From NCBI GenBank assembly GCA_030265395.1, contig JARFYF010000050.1:17729051-17793050 (forward strand): 64,000 bases of DNA. The letters are read 5' to 3'. The translations under genes were made by a program, and so were the position numbers. The notes under the pieces are model-generated. The model saw nothing but the letters and a program-made list of their open reading frames with translations, did no database searches and was not told the DNA's origin. This DNA is from Rhina ancylostomus. Its lineage: Eukaryota. The stretch's first letter is position 1. Each line of letters starts with the position of its first letter. Below are positions 51,417 through 63,995 of the stretch, piece after piece.

Positions 51417-53412
51417 TTCCAATCGAATCACTCCACTTTGGAAATTCAATGGCTATGAATTGTGTTTGCACTGGTGATACTACAACTGCATCAGATACAC
51501 CTGGAAGTTCCTTTGGAGCCTTGACTGGGAAATCAGGTCACATAGTTTAGAGATGCACTTGATGGGTACTCTCAGAACAGCCATATTTTAATAGCTACCA
51601 CTGGAGCTGGTCCCAGCTCAGAATTCTATTCAGGTAGGTTCCTTTAATTACTTCCTTCAGTACCAAATCTCCCTCCCACCCATTCATCTTTCCCTCCCAT
51701 ACCTTGATCATCTCCAACTCCCCAGTTGTCCCCAGCAGACATACCAGCTCCACACACCAGTCCAATTTTGGCCAAGCTACCCCAGTTGAGTCCTGAATGT
51801 TCTCCCAGCCAAGGTCATGATCAAGCCCGACCCCTAGCCAAGGTGCTGACCTGACCTGCAACCAAGGTACTAAGCCAACCCTCTCTTGCTGCCATCCGCA
51901 ACCCACCCCAGACCCTATTCTGATCGTAGATAATTTGAGGCTTTCCAAGGGATAGGTTGCAAGCAACATTCAGTTGCATCAATATGTTGGGCCTCAAGTG
52001 CTTCTCTGTTTTGCTGCAGGAACCCCACAACTAACACATGCATTACCACAAGGCACAAAGATTCTTTAGTGCACCTCCCATAACTCCAATAAATTCCAAT
52101 GTATTTCATTTCTTTCTCCTATATCACAAGATTTGCAATATTTTATCCCATTACAATAAAAGCAATGTGTTCTCCACGGTTCTTTTGAAGCAAAACAAGG
52201 GTTAACTCTTTACAAGGTGTTTCTTTCTTTGCATGAGATAACAGGGTAGGGGAGTTTTATTAAAATTTTATGATTTTATCCTTATTTCAGAGATTTCTGC
52301 AACAACTCACAATTAGGAATAGAATTTCAATGGTAAAGCAAACCAGGTGGTTTCTGAAATGAACTGCAATTTCCCAATGCCAGTTTTAGAGATTAGCACC
52401 TGGTTGAAAATCGGCACTCATACCAGAATGTGCCTTTGATATGAGGTTTTAAATGATTTCAAACTAACAATATAAAGAACAGCTATCCTACCAGTGGAAA
52501 ACAACCTAATGGCTTACGTTTTTCATTTGTAGTTTATAAATAAAACTGACATTTACAAATTGGTTGCCCATTTAGAAACCAGATGATTTTCATTGCTTTT
52601 TTCCACCTGTATTCACTATCTCTTGCACCAACAGCTGTATAAAGCCTTACCCAATATACATTTAGCCTTCATGAACTAGGAGACCAGCTCTGAGCAAACA
52701 ATAAGACAAACTGAGGGCGGCAGAGAAACAAACATTAGTGAGGAGGATGTCAGAAGGGAATCCGGAGGAGGAAGCAACCTTAATTCCATCAGCAATCCAT
52801 AGAAATTGCACAATGACATTGTAAAAGTGGAACATTCTGATTTGCCTCATATAGTTTATTTGCCACTAATTGTCTATTTGTAAAAGTCGATGTTATGTTA
52901 ACGGAGAGGCAGAATTTCTGGAAACCTCTCCCTAAACTTTGTTGCAATCTCTACAAAGAATATTAGTCTCATGCTACATTCTTAAAGGGCACACACCCAG
53001 TATTTCATGAGCCACAATGTTAGGCCTGCTGCTGCATTTTAGTGTATGACTCATTCCAATGCTCCAGCTAGCAATCCCATACTTAACATTTAGAACAGTG
53101 CATTAAAACGACAACATTTGGAGGCACTCAGCAGGTCAGTCAGTAAACTAGAGAGAGAAACAGGTAATGTTTCTGATTTTCAGCATATGCAGTTTATTGA
53201 TTTTCATTTAAAACAGTGGTATGAGTTTATTGAAATCCAATCCAGTGTCTTGTGAAAAGAACCTAATTTTTCCCATTATTGGCCCTTCTGTAAGGAATAA
53301 CAGAATACATTTTATAAATTTACCATGAATAAAATTAATGCTCAGAAACTAAATTATTGTGCGATATTTCAATTAACTAACATGAGAAAAATGTTGGGTT
53401 TGGTTGTTACAG

Positions 53413-53529
53413 GTATTCCTCCCAATATTACCAGGGGGCCATCAGACAGCACGGTGATTGACGGGCTCTCAGTCATTCTCTCATGTGAAACATCAGGGGC
53501 ACCGCGGCCAGCTATCACCTGGCAGAGGG
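53413..53529 (+). CDS. sdk2: Sidekick-2 exon, start of Ig5
   Basis: ttacag| ... G|gtaagt; 117 nt, phase 1->1; (S)[38 protein letters not shown]. Confidence 0.96.
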
Positions 53530-53571
53530 GTAAGTATTAAAAATTACTGCTATTGCTTGTGATGTTTTTCA

Positions 53572-54045
53572 TGAGTCACAGTTATACAGCATGGAAACGG
53601 GCCCTTTGGTCCAAATCATCCGTGCTGTCCATGTTGCCTACCTAAGCTGGTCCCATTTACCTGTGTTTGGCCCATATCCCTCTAAACCTTTCCTAATCGT
53701 GTACCTGTCTGAAAGTCTTTTAAATATTGTAATTGTACCCGCCTCTACCATTTCCCCTGGCAGCTCATTCAATCTACCTTCCCCCTTCTGTATGAAAAAC
53801 TTGCCTCTCAGATCCACTTTAAACATTTCCTTTCTTATCTTTAACCTCTGCCCTCAAGTTTTAGACTTCTCAACCCTGGGAAAAAGACTGTTGCCATCCA
53901 CCTTATCGATGCCCCTCATAATTTTATAAACATCTCCACCTCCTTTGCTCCAGGGAAAACAGTCCCATCCTATCCAGCGCCTCCTCATAACTCAAGCTAT
54001 CTAGTTCTGGCAACATCCTCGTGAATCTTGTCTGCACCCTTTCTA
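53572..54045 (-). mobile_element. CR1 3' end
   Basis: tacagcatggaaacgggccc tail; minus strand MVEAGTITIFKR; starts ~45 nt after an exon donor. Confidence 0.9.
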
Positions 54046-54735
54046 GCTTTGAGGGATGATGAACTCCAATTTTTCTTTGCTGCTGACTTCTGTAATCCAT
54101 GCTTGTTGATTATTGGCCTCATAATGATTGATGCTATATTGGCAGCTTCCAGTTACCCAGGACTTATGAACACTTATGTATTTAGTTTGTGAATTTGGCA
54201 GTTTAGGAGGATCTACCTTGTTCAGAGCAGAAACTTGCCCTGGCCACTGCAGATAGACTCTGTCAGTTGTCTTTTCCAAGCCCAAGAACCTGGAATTGAA
54301 AGCAGCCAGGAAATCCCCTCTCAAATAGGGTGTTAAGGCCTCCAAGGACCCCAGTTCCAACAGCCCTCCTCATTTAATTTCCCTTTAAAGGATGGGTGAC
54401 ATTTTTGGTTTGAACAACAGTAAGGAAAATTCTGCTAAAGTGACAACATCACAATCCATTGTCCAAAATCCAATCAACTGTGGCCAACTCCAGCTTTAAT
54501 CAATATGAGACTGAGCATTTGAGTTTGACCCTGGCTTGTAAAGTGGGTGGCACATGAAAGACCATCTGTAGCCCCGTTTGCCTGATACATCCAACACACA
54601 GTGCCAGTAAATAATTAGATGATTCTGACTAGATCTGTGATGAAAGTACTGGACGAAAATAAATAGCTTATTTACATTCCAGAGTGAATCATCACTGATG
54701 CATTTCAAAAGCAGCATTTAATTGTTGTCATGATA

Positions 54736-55053
54736 CAGGGACTTCCCGAGTTATGAATGTCCAGACTTACAGAAAGCTGACTTTATGCATTTTCTCCTAT
54801 ACATCTTTAAAGCATTTTTCAAGCTAGTAATAATAATAAAATGTTTCATGGTATTCATTAATGTCTGCATAAGTATTTTTCCATTAGTTTAATATGGGGT
54901 ATTGTTAGGGTGATTGTTCAATGAAATGAAAGAATTCTAGCAAGGGTATGTAGAATGATATGATATGGGTAGCTAAAGAAAACAGATTATCTCACTTCAG
55001 CTTATGGACAGTTCTCAGGAATGGAACCTTTGTGTAAACCTGCGGACTGGCTG
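54736..55053 (-). mobile_element. Tigger/pogo-like MITE, related ends, different AT-rich interior
   Basis: TA-flanked; reverse complement of the right end CAGCCAGTCCGCAGGTTTACACAAAGGTTCCATTCC resembles the left end of 31561. Confidence 0.65.
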
Positions 55054-56312
55054 TATATCATATAAAAGATCTAATGAGTTGCATGTTCCTTTAAAGAGCA
55101 TTGCTGCACCATGCCACCCCCAGTTGATGATCTTGCTTTCAATAATGTACAATTCACATTCTGTGAGTTAATGGTGAGTCATGTTATGAATTTGCTTCAA
55201 AGCTACTTGTGAGCCTGCATGTGGCCTTCTTCCATCTGAATAACCCTCTGACCTGGAAATGCTTGATGCTCACATTTGTCGTCAGATGGTCCTAAATGGC
55301 ATACGTCTCTTACATCATTTATATATTTGTTTGCAATGTTTTCTACGATGAGACATGATTTTCCACATCTAAGTTTCTCTCAGCAGACTCTCCCTCAGTT
55401 CTGCGTCTCATATACTGCATTCAATCTTGTTACAAATCAAGGAGGCTATCGGACCTTCAAAGTTACAATTTCCAGCCAGCAGCTTCATTTCAGTTCAGCA
55501 TGTGTTGAATGTCTCTTCATTCACCAGCCACCCACTGAAGAATTTGAGATTTTCCATCATGAGACTTCTTGAAAAATCCAGTAACAAATTCAAGGCCTTT
55601 GAAATGCANNNNNNNNNNNNNNNNNNNNNNNNNNNNNNNNNNNNNNNNNNNNNNNNNNNNNNNNNNNNNNNNNNNNNNNNNNNNNNNNNNNNNNNNNNNN
55701 NNNNNNNNTGAAATGCATTTTTAAATTGTGCAGTTTCACTGTCTGACTAAATTTTATGATGTATTTTTCAGTTCCTATCCCCAGATCTGGCAACAACCAG
55801 TTTTACATGCTGGTCATTAGCAGTTCTTTTTGCTTTTCCAAAGAAGTTGCTATCTTTTGCTTCAAATTTAAAATACATCAGCCCAGATTCTTGAATCAGC
55901 TCGCGCAAACTGAGTCTGGGCTTCCAGCATCCACTTCTCCTGGGTCACCTCTCATTCAGAGCTCGATCTTTCCAGGTGGTCTAATAACTATTAATTTTTT
56001 GATCTCCCTTTCTTTTGAACTTGGACAATGTGCTGACCAATGTTCTTTCTGTGTCTTGTACACTGACCTACTCCATTTACCCCTTTTTGTACTTCCCCAC
56101 AGCAGCTGATTTTTTTTACAGCCGTTATTTACTGACTGGAGAAAAAAATTGCATTTACTTGTTTGACAAATTATCTTTTTCATAGTCTATTGTTTTAGCA
56201 TCATGAGCAAATTGTCAGGTCTTATTTCACATTGGTTGCATTTCAAATCCCTTGTGTATCTGGAGGTCCAGAATCCAATGATCTCTTTGTCTCTGTTCCT
56301 TTTTCCAAACAG

Positions 56313-56480
56313 GAGAGAAGGTGCTCGCAAGTGGGTCTGTCCAGTTCCCTCGTTTCACATTGCTGGAATCTGGCAGCCTCCTCATAAGCCCGTCTCACAT
56401 CTCAGATGCTGGGAGTTACACGTGCTTGGCCACAAATTCTCGAGGAGTAGACGAGGCTTCTGGAGATCTCATTGTGTGGG
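56313..56480 (+). CDS. sdk2: Sidekick-2 exon, rest of Ig5
   Basis: Long pyrimidine tract + aacag| ... G|gtaaga; 168 nt, phase 1->1; (G)[55 protein letters not shown]. Confidence 0.96.
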
Positions 56481-57639
56481 GTAAGAGACGATTCTGCTTG
56501 CAAATCTGAATTCCTACTGATGGTCCATATTTAATTTGAAACTGATGGAAAATTGGAAAATGGAACAAAACAATTGTTAAGCCCATCTTCAAAACATAGA
56601 TTTCTTCCATCTCCCTGTTTAGTCCATTAGTACAAGAGCAGCAGCTGTGATATGAACACAATGGAGACCAAAAGAAGATTATTTTGAATAAAGCAATCTC
56701 GTTTTACTTTGCTGTGCAGGCCACCTGTGGAATATAAGCAAGGGGAAAGTCTATTTTATAATCAGTCTATTCTGTATATGCAAAGTAGATGTAGTTAGCA
56801 TAGCCTCATGAGCCAAACTGAATAATAAATATTCATGCCAATAATGAACTCAGGAGGTATTTAATTCATTGTGGGTTTTACTTAGCANNNNTGATTGAAG
56901 TTTTTCCATTTGGCTTCGTCTCATCGCTAAACAAATTCAGGTGTGTTGCAATGCCAATGCTGAGCTTAAAGCCTGCAGCTTGGCACACAATATTATTGAA
57001 TTACTTGGCATCTCTCAGGGCCAGAGCTGACTTTGAAAGATATGATACCTGTATTAGAACAAAGTGTGTCTGCTTTTGGCCACTGAAAGATAAGACAAAC
57101 ATTCAAAGCCAGAGGGGGTAATTGGAAAGGGTTGTAAGACTTGTTCTACACATTGGTGTTTAAAGGGAAAACTTGGCAACTCGGATTATTCAGCCTTGCA
57201 ATGCGAAAATTAAGGAAGTACTTCATAACATGTGTTGAATAAATAAACAATGCTACAAATTATACTGAGATGGCAAGATCAGAAATAGGGTTTTGAACTG
57301 GTGAATGGCAAGATTTAGGACAAGATTTAGGGAACTTATTCATGGTACAAGTGACCAGTAAGTGGAATCTTTTTCCAACAGGAAAGCAGAAACCTTGGAA
57401 TTAAATTGAGAAACCATGGTTTATTTTGGATTGATCCATTAAAATGAGTTTTGTGTATTTCTTTTATCTCTCCACTTCTGTTTTAGGCTCATACAACAGA
57501 CACATTTATAAATAATCTGTTTATACAGACTTGCATATTAAGACTACTCAGTACATGAACTGGTATGGTATAAACAGAAGGGTCATATTCTATTTAACAT
57601 ACTGTGTTTTCCCAGTGCTCCATTGTAAAGGATGGTTTT

Positions 57640-58250
57640 GACACAGAGAAGTACACACCCTAAAATATATGAATGGGAGTCCATTCTACCATTCAATTCC
57701 ATCACAGCTGCTTTGTACCCCAAATCCACTAATCTCTTCTGAACTGCCTTTGAAAGGGAATGCAACCAGATTTGTACAACCTGAATTCATAAGGTAGCCT
57801 TTCCTTCTGTGGTACTGTTCTAGAGAATCTGCATTGTACCCTCTAAGACCAGTGTACTAAGGTCCTGCACCCAAAACTAACTGTTGTTCTCAACATAGGA
57901 TCTGAGCAAAGTTTAGTGCAGCTGTTGTTGAATTCCCTGCAAGTTCCATTTTTGTTTTAATTATTTTGTATCAGTGTTTTAAGATCAATTGCTGGGTGGC
58001 AGAGTCAACTTAAGAGGCTATGTGACCTACTTCTGTTTCTATTTATAATGTTATTATGCTTGCTTTTGGTGTGGACATCTAAATCCCTTAGCTCTTCCAC
58101 AATTCCTAGTCTGCATTTATTAGGAAAAGATACTATCTTTGCTTACTCAGATTAAAGTGACAGATCTCACACTTCCCCACATTTGTCATCAGCTATAGCA
58201 TAGCTCTCCCATTTCATCTGTCTCTGTCCTTTGGTAGCTTTCTTCTTCCA
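57640..58250 (-). mobile_element. Very old CR1 remnant
   Basis: gaatctgcattgtaccctct...cccaaaactaac...aaatccctta...ctcacacttccccacatt, collinear with the younger minus-strand CR1 copies. Confidence 0.5.
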
Positions 58251-58540
58251 TCCATACAACTATGCCAATGAACTTAATATCTTAGCAGATTTGCATGACC
58301 ACTGCACATTATATCAAAAGTTACTACCACCTTCAACGTGATAAAGTCTTTGGTCGATTTCGGAAAAGGGTGTGAGATGATTTCAACCTCAAACCTGGCA
58401 TAAAACCCATGGAACACTGCCCTCCTATCTACTTGCAGTAGGTCAGACGTCAGAAGTATCTCGTGGCACTGGAAGGACAAGTCAACCAAAGTTTGCATTC
58501 TCTCCCAGGCCAACATTCCCCAATTACACTTTGTCAGTAG

Positions 58541-59800
58541 GGCAACACAGTGGATAGAGCTGCTGCCTCACAGTGCTAGAGACCACGGGTTCAATCCCCG
58601 ACCTCGGGTCCTGTCTGTACAGAACAGCACAGAAACAGGCCCTTGGCCCATCGTGTCAATGCTGACCACAACGCCAAACTGAACTAATCCTATCTGCTGC
58701 ACATGCCCCTTCACTTCCGCCCTGTTCACGTGCCTGTCTCAATGCCTCTTAAAAATTCCCTAGTTAATCTGCTTCCACCCCTGGCAACATGTTCCAGGAA
58801 GCTACCACTATGCATTTAAAAGAACTTACCCTGCTACATCCTCTAGTATTTGGCATTTCTACCCTGGGAGAAAGACTCTGACTTATCTACCCTACGTCTC
58901 TCATACTCTTAGAAACCTCTATCAGGTCTCCTCTCAGCCCCTGGCGCTCCAGAGAAAACAAGCCAAGTTTGTCCAACCTTTCCTTACAGCTAGTATTTTC
59001 AAATCTAAGCAACATCCCGGTAATCTACTTCTGTACTCACTCCAAAGCCTCTGATAATGCGGCAACCAGAACTGCAAACAATACTCTGAACGTGGCCTGG
59101 TTTTTACACGGCTGCAACGTGACCTGCCAACTTTTATACTCAGTGCCCTGGCCAGTGAAGGCAAGTGTGCTGTACCCTTCTTTACCACCCTAATTACTTG
59201 TGCTGCCACTTTCAGAGTTAGACCCCAAGATCCCTCTGTACATCAATACTCCCAAGGGTCCTGCCATTAACAGTATACTGTCCCCTTGCATTTGACCTCC
59301 CAAAGTGCGACACCTCATACTTCTCCGGATTAAACTCCATCTGCCATTCCTCTCTCCATACAACTTGACAAGCAGACGATCCACATCATTTGGCTGTATC
59401 CTCCGACGAGCTTCTACACCATCCGCGACGCTGCAGGTTTTTGTGCCATCTGCAGACTTGCTATTCAGCCCATCTACATTTTTGTCGCAAACAGCAAAGT
59501 TTCCAGCACCGATCCCCGTGGAACATCGCTGGTCACAGACCTCCAGTCAGAGAAACACTCCTCCGACCACAACACAATGGCCAAGCCAGTTTGGAATCCA
59601 AGTCACCGTCAAGTGGAGTTTCCACATCCTCTGTGAACACCCACATCCCAAAGACATGCAGGTTGGTAGGTTAGTCGGACACTGTAAATTACCCCTAGTG
59701 GCAAAACCCGGGTGGAGCTGATCTGAGAATAAAATGGAATTGATGTTCACTGTGTATTCAATGAGCTGAGTGGCCTGGCTCTGCGCTGTAATACTCCATG
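58541..59800 (+). mobile_element. V-SINE (HE1-like) split by a nested LINE; halves 58541-58620 and ~59613-59800
   Basis: Head gagctgctgcctcacagtgctagagaccacgggttcaatcc...gtctgtac; resumes ggagtttccacat...cccacatcccaaagacatgcaggttggtaggttag. Confidence 0.85.
58621..59605 (-). mobile_element. CR1-clade LINE 3' ~1 kb inserted in the V-SINE
   Basis: acagcacagaaacaggccc tail; minus strand EYCLQFWLPHY; attaaactccatctgcca. Confidence 0.88.
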
Positions 59801-60174
59801 ACCTTCTATAGTACTAGACGATTTGAAGATGGAAATAGGCAGATCTGGAGATGGATAATGAAAAGTTTAAGCTAGTTTATCAAACAGAACACCATTTAAC
59901 GTCCAAGCTTCTTGGTGTGGCATCTAGTTTACAAGTTTATCTCTCAAAGCTCCCTTCCACATCCAGATGTATTTTCGATTTTGCTAAGTGTAGCTTAGAG
60001 TACAGAAAATTTACGCCTCAGATTGTGTTTCAGGTACAGTTCCCTGAAGCTTCTAACTATTCCAGCAACACGTCACTAAACACATTATTGATGCATCAAT
60101 TTTCCTGAACACATCTGACAAATTCCAAGCCATCCAGCCCTTTCGCAGTGTGGGAGTCCCAGTCAATAAGTGGG

Positions 60175-60318
60175 AAGTTAAAATCCCCTGCTATTACAAC
60201 TTTGTTTCTTACATTGGTCTGCTATCTCCCTACAGATTTGTTCCTCCAATTCTCTCTGACTATTGGGTGGTCTATAATACAACCCTATTAGTGTGGCCAC
60301 ACCTTTCCTGTTCCTCAG
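60175..60318 (-). mobile_element. CR1 endonuclease-region fragment
   Basis: Minus strand LRNRKGVATLIGLYYRPPNS, then GDFN-like ggggattttaac. Confidence 0.8.
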
Positions 60319-60418
60319 NNNNNNNNNNNNNNNNNNNNNNNNNNNNNNNNNNNNNNNNNNNNNNNNNNNNNNNNNNNNNNNNNNNNNNNNNNNNNNNNNN
60401 NNNNNNNNNNNNNNNNNN

Positions 60419-61085
60419 CCTTCCAAGTAAAGTAGCAGTTCCCTTGCATTTCCAAATAAGTGAACTGCATTCAGTGCTCACAATGTTATATCCTCTACAT
60501 TGGAGATACCAAATACAGGTTGGATGACCACTTTGCAGAACATCTCAATTTAGACCGCATGGATGACCTGAGCTTCCGGTTGCCTGTCACATTAATTCTC
60601 AATCCTGCTCCTACTCTAACCTGTCTGTATTTGGCCTCCTATATTGGTCCACCAAAGGCCTATGCAGGATGAGAAATAGCATCTCATCTTCTGACGAGGC
60701 ATATTATAGCCCTTAGGGTTTAACACAGAGTTCAGAACATTCAGATAACCAGCCTTTCCAGTTTGTGCGAGTTCAAGCAAGTTCTGATGAAAAGTCATCA
60801 ACCTATAACGTTAATTCAGTTCTTCTCTCTCCACAGGTGCTACCTGACCTGCTGAGTATTTCTAGCATTCTTCAGATAATTTGCATGTATCAGCTCCAGC
60901 ACTGTGTTTTCTCTCTCCTCTGTCTTAATCATCTCCCTCTTTTCACATCTCCTGCAGAAAGTCAGCTGCAATAAACAAGCCTTCACCATCTCCTCTCAGC
61001 TGGCATCACCGCCTTGTGGATTGTTTTTCCTGGTTCTGATGAAAAATCATCAACCTGAAATATTAACTTTCCTTCACTCTCCGAG
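60419..61085 (+). mobile_element. Penelope-like element 3' part (GIY-YIG endonuclease remnant and two terminal repeat copies)
   Basis: CIQCSQCYILYIGDTKYRLDDHFAEHL (CxxC, YIG, RLxxRxxEH pattern), then the ttctgatgaaaa.tcatcaacct unit twice (60782, 61034). Confidence 0.82.
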
Positions 61086-62430
61086 GAGGCTTTCTGTTCT
61101 TATCCTACATTATTTATATGTATTACAAAAAGCTGAGCTCCCAGTATAGGTCTTCTTTTCAAAGGATACTTATCAAAAACATCTCCCTTTATTACTACTC
61201 TCTGCCATCTACCTCCAAATCTGTAGTAACAAAGTTGTCCTCAACATTGTAGTCTCTTGCCTTTGCTGATCATGGAATCCCATACAAACAATATCCATGA
61301 AAAGAAAGACTAATTGATAACAGCAGTGATACTTATGGCTTCAGTAAATTTGAAGAAGCAGTCCAATTCCATATGATATTTTCTATATAATTCCAAACAA
61401 TTTAATTATATTGTATGTCATTATAAAGCAGCAAATGTGACTTGGGTGAAGGTTAATTGACAGGTAATGTTTGAGTGCCCTCTACTGTTTCTGTTGAGTA
61501 CTGTAATACACAGACTGAACACTTAAATTTCTTGGAAGTCCTAAACTTTCAGAGAAGTCCACACTGTTCCAATTGTGTTCTGTCAGTGGACTCCTCATGA
61601 TATCTGGAAATGGAGGACCAATTTCCTATAGAACACTGGAAATCTGGGCACTGAACCTGCAGCATGTTATACTTGGTGTTGGTTCAATGTTTCCATTCTT
61701 TTCAAGAGTGAACTATTTCGATTGCCAAAGGTAAGTATCAGGTAATTGTGTTTTCTTGTGTTTTTGTTTTAATCATTTAAGAATTACTAATAATATTAAC
61801 ACATTTTTCACATGTATAATTATGTTTACTGCTCTTTAAGCATTTCTCAAACATTCACTTGCTGTAATAGTTGTGACAGCCTGTGATCCTGAGGCGTGGT
61901 TTAACCGACTATCAGAGCAGCTCGAGGGCCAGAGTGGGTTGGCCCCACGTCAACCAAGAGCTGGTTCAGGAGACTTGCAGCAAGTGAGTGCCGATAGGGG
62001 AGCTGTGTTGTAGACCGGACCGAATCATCCCATGCACCAGGTATTCTGCACCACTCCTACAGGCCTTTCGGATTTGGTGCTTTCTGTAGATCAAGACACA
62101 AAATAACAAAACCAGGATCTCTGTGTCTGAAGTTCAGTTGTTTCTGGGGAGAGTGGGATAAAGAGGCTCAATTTAATATCGGTCCTGTTGACCATCTCCA
62201 CTGGCACATATCCTGAGGAACAGTTGCCCCTACTTCCCTGAGCCTAGCTGGAGACTCCATCCCAAATCATAGTCGTTAATAGTAACTGCTCTGAACCACC
62301 AATGTCAAAGTTGTACCAGGACTCTGCTGGATCTGGTACCAGCCTGTCACCTGATCCAAATGTGGGTCATCTTGTTGCCAATGGAAACTAATATTTAATA
62401 GAATGACATACTTTTTATACTGTTTTACAG

Positions 62431-62533
62431 CTCGGACTCGTATCACGAATCCCCCACAGGAACAGAGTGTAATCAAAGGGACCATGGCAGTACTGACCTG
62501 TGGCGTGACCCATGACCCTAATGTTGCAATCAG
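62431..62533 (+). CDS. sdk2: Sidekick-2 exon, start of Ig6
   Basis: ttttacag| ... AG|gtatga; 103 nt, phase 1->2; (A)[33 protein letters not shown](R). Confidence 0.95.
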
Positions 62534-62654
62534 GTATGACCACTTGGTGAGAGTCTGGTGCTGAGAGTAGGGATTACACTCACCCCAAAAAGTAGTTGGT
62601 AATGAAATTGTGGGACCTACCATTGTCAGGAACTGCATATTCCATATTTTCTCA

Positions 62655-62950
62655 CAATGTAGAAAGAGGCCATTCAGCCTATCAAGTCTATGCTGACTCA
62701 CAGAGCAATCCCATTCTCCCCACATTCTCAAAAATTCAAGTAACCACCTGTACCAAGGGCAATTTACAATGATCTTTTAATCTACTAACCTGCACATCTT
62801 TTGGGATGTGGGAGGAAATCGCAGCACCCAGAGGAGAGCCACATGGTCGCAGGCAGAGCAGACAAACCCCACACAGATGGCACCAGAGGTCAGGATTAAG
62901 TACAGGTTGCTGGAACTGTGAGGCCGCAGCTGTAGACACTGTGCCACCCT
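62655..62950 (-). mobile_element. V-SINE (HE1-like), near full length
   Basis: Reverse complement: ggtggcacagtg head, V-domain ...tttcctcccacatcccaaaagatgtgcaggttagtag, CR1-like tail ggctgaatggcct. Confidence 0.88.
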
Positions 62951-63894
62951 TGGATACTGTCCATCTTCTAAGGCTCAAGTACAAGTTGGGATAGGCTTGT
63001 GGAAATGTTATCTACCTATCCATTAATCCTTGTTGTAAAGCTGACAGTTTCAAACCTTCAACAATGTAAAATCTCCTGGAGCAACACTCTCTGCCTTCTT
63101 AATGCAGTTGATAAATGACATAGTCAGGCCATGAAGGATGTAGCAATTGATTGTGGAGTTAAGAATGTGGTTTACTTTCCAATTAAGGTGCCCAGTGTTG
63201 TTGGAAACTTCAGAGCACGAACCTTCTCTATTGTATTGGGACAGAGGTTGACACTAAGTGTTTCTGTAGGGGGTTACTATCACCCTTAGTGCAGGGGTAT
63301 AGCCAGGAAATTTAAATTCCACACTGATGCTAGAGAGGAGGTTCCACTAAGTCAGAGTGGCTGTAGTACCTGTGTTCTGAGTGATTAGGTAAGGCCAGAA
63401 GAAGAATATTCATGACTTGGGGTACGATCAGTGTGGCTGCCAGTTAGAGAGGACACAGTGATAGTGACAAAGGTTTTCCTGCCTCTGCCACTAAAGTCAT
63501 AAATAAATCACTCAAGCTTGCCAGATGCTCATTCATTAAACAACAAGAATAGTTGCAGCTTTGGGCTTAAAAAGAGAGGTATTCAAAACCTTCATGAAGT
63601 GATTGTGAATTGTAACACTAGAGGTTGCAAGACCAGGAGGTCCATTAAAGGCATGGATCATATTACACTTGCAGCAAAAGTATAATACAAAACAAAATCA
63701 CAAAATCTTAATTTGTTCTTTGGTTAAATAATATTTTCTGTTGTTCAATTAAATTGACTTCACTAATGCTAATGACTGCTAAGTCTACTATTCTCAAACA
63801 AATCTGCAAAGTTGCCCTCAGGATCTCAAAAAAGTTTGTCCCAGAGTTTGAGACACAAGAGATTGTGGACGGTGTAACTTGGATCAAACATCTG

Positions 63895-63995
63895 GAGTCC
63901 TGATGCAGGGTCTTGACCCAAAACGTTGACCATCCCTCTGCCTCCACAGTTGCTGTCTGACCCGCTGAGTCCTCCAGCAGTTTGTTCTTTGTCAG
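63895..63995 (+). mobile_element. Penelope-like terminal repeat
   Basis: cctgatgcagggtcttgacccaaaacgttgacc...tgacccgctgagtcctccagcag. Confidence 0.75.

Noticed and set aside
17134-51449. Long ORFs in the track (e.g. 17162-17911, 22459-23066, 36646-37644, 50332-51449)
   Set aside because: They are open only because they run through N gaps.
4533-62533. SDK1, DSCAM or contactin as the gene identity
   Set aside because: Peptides such as [33 protein letters not shown] and [12 protein letters not shown] match recalled SDK2 specifically; a reciprocal BLASTP would confirm.
63180-63480. Faint LF-SINE-like similarity
   Set aside because: Too weak to support by eye.
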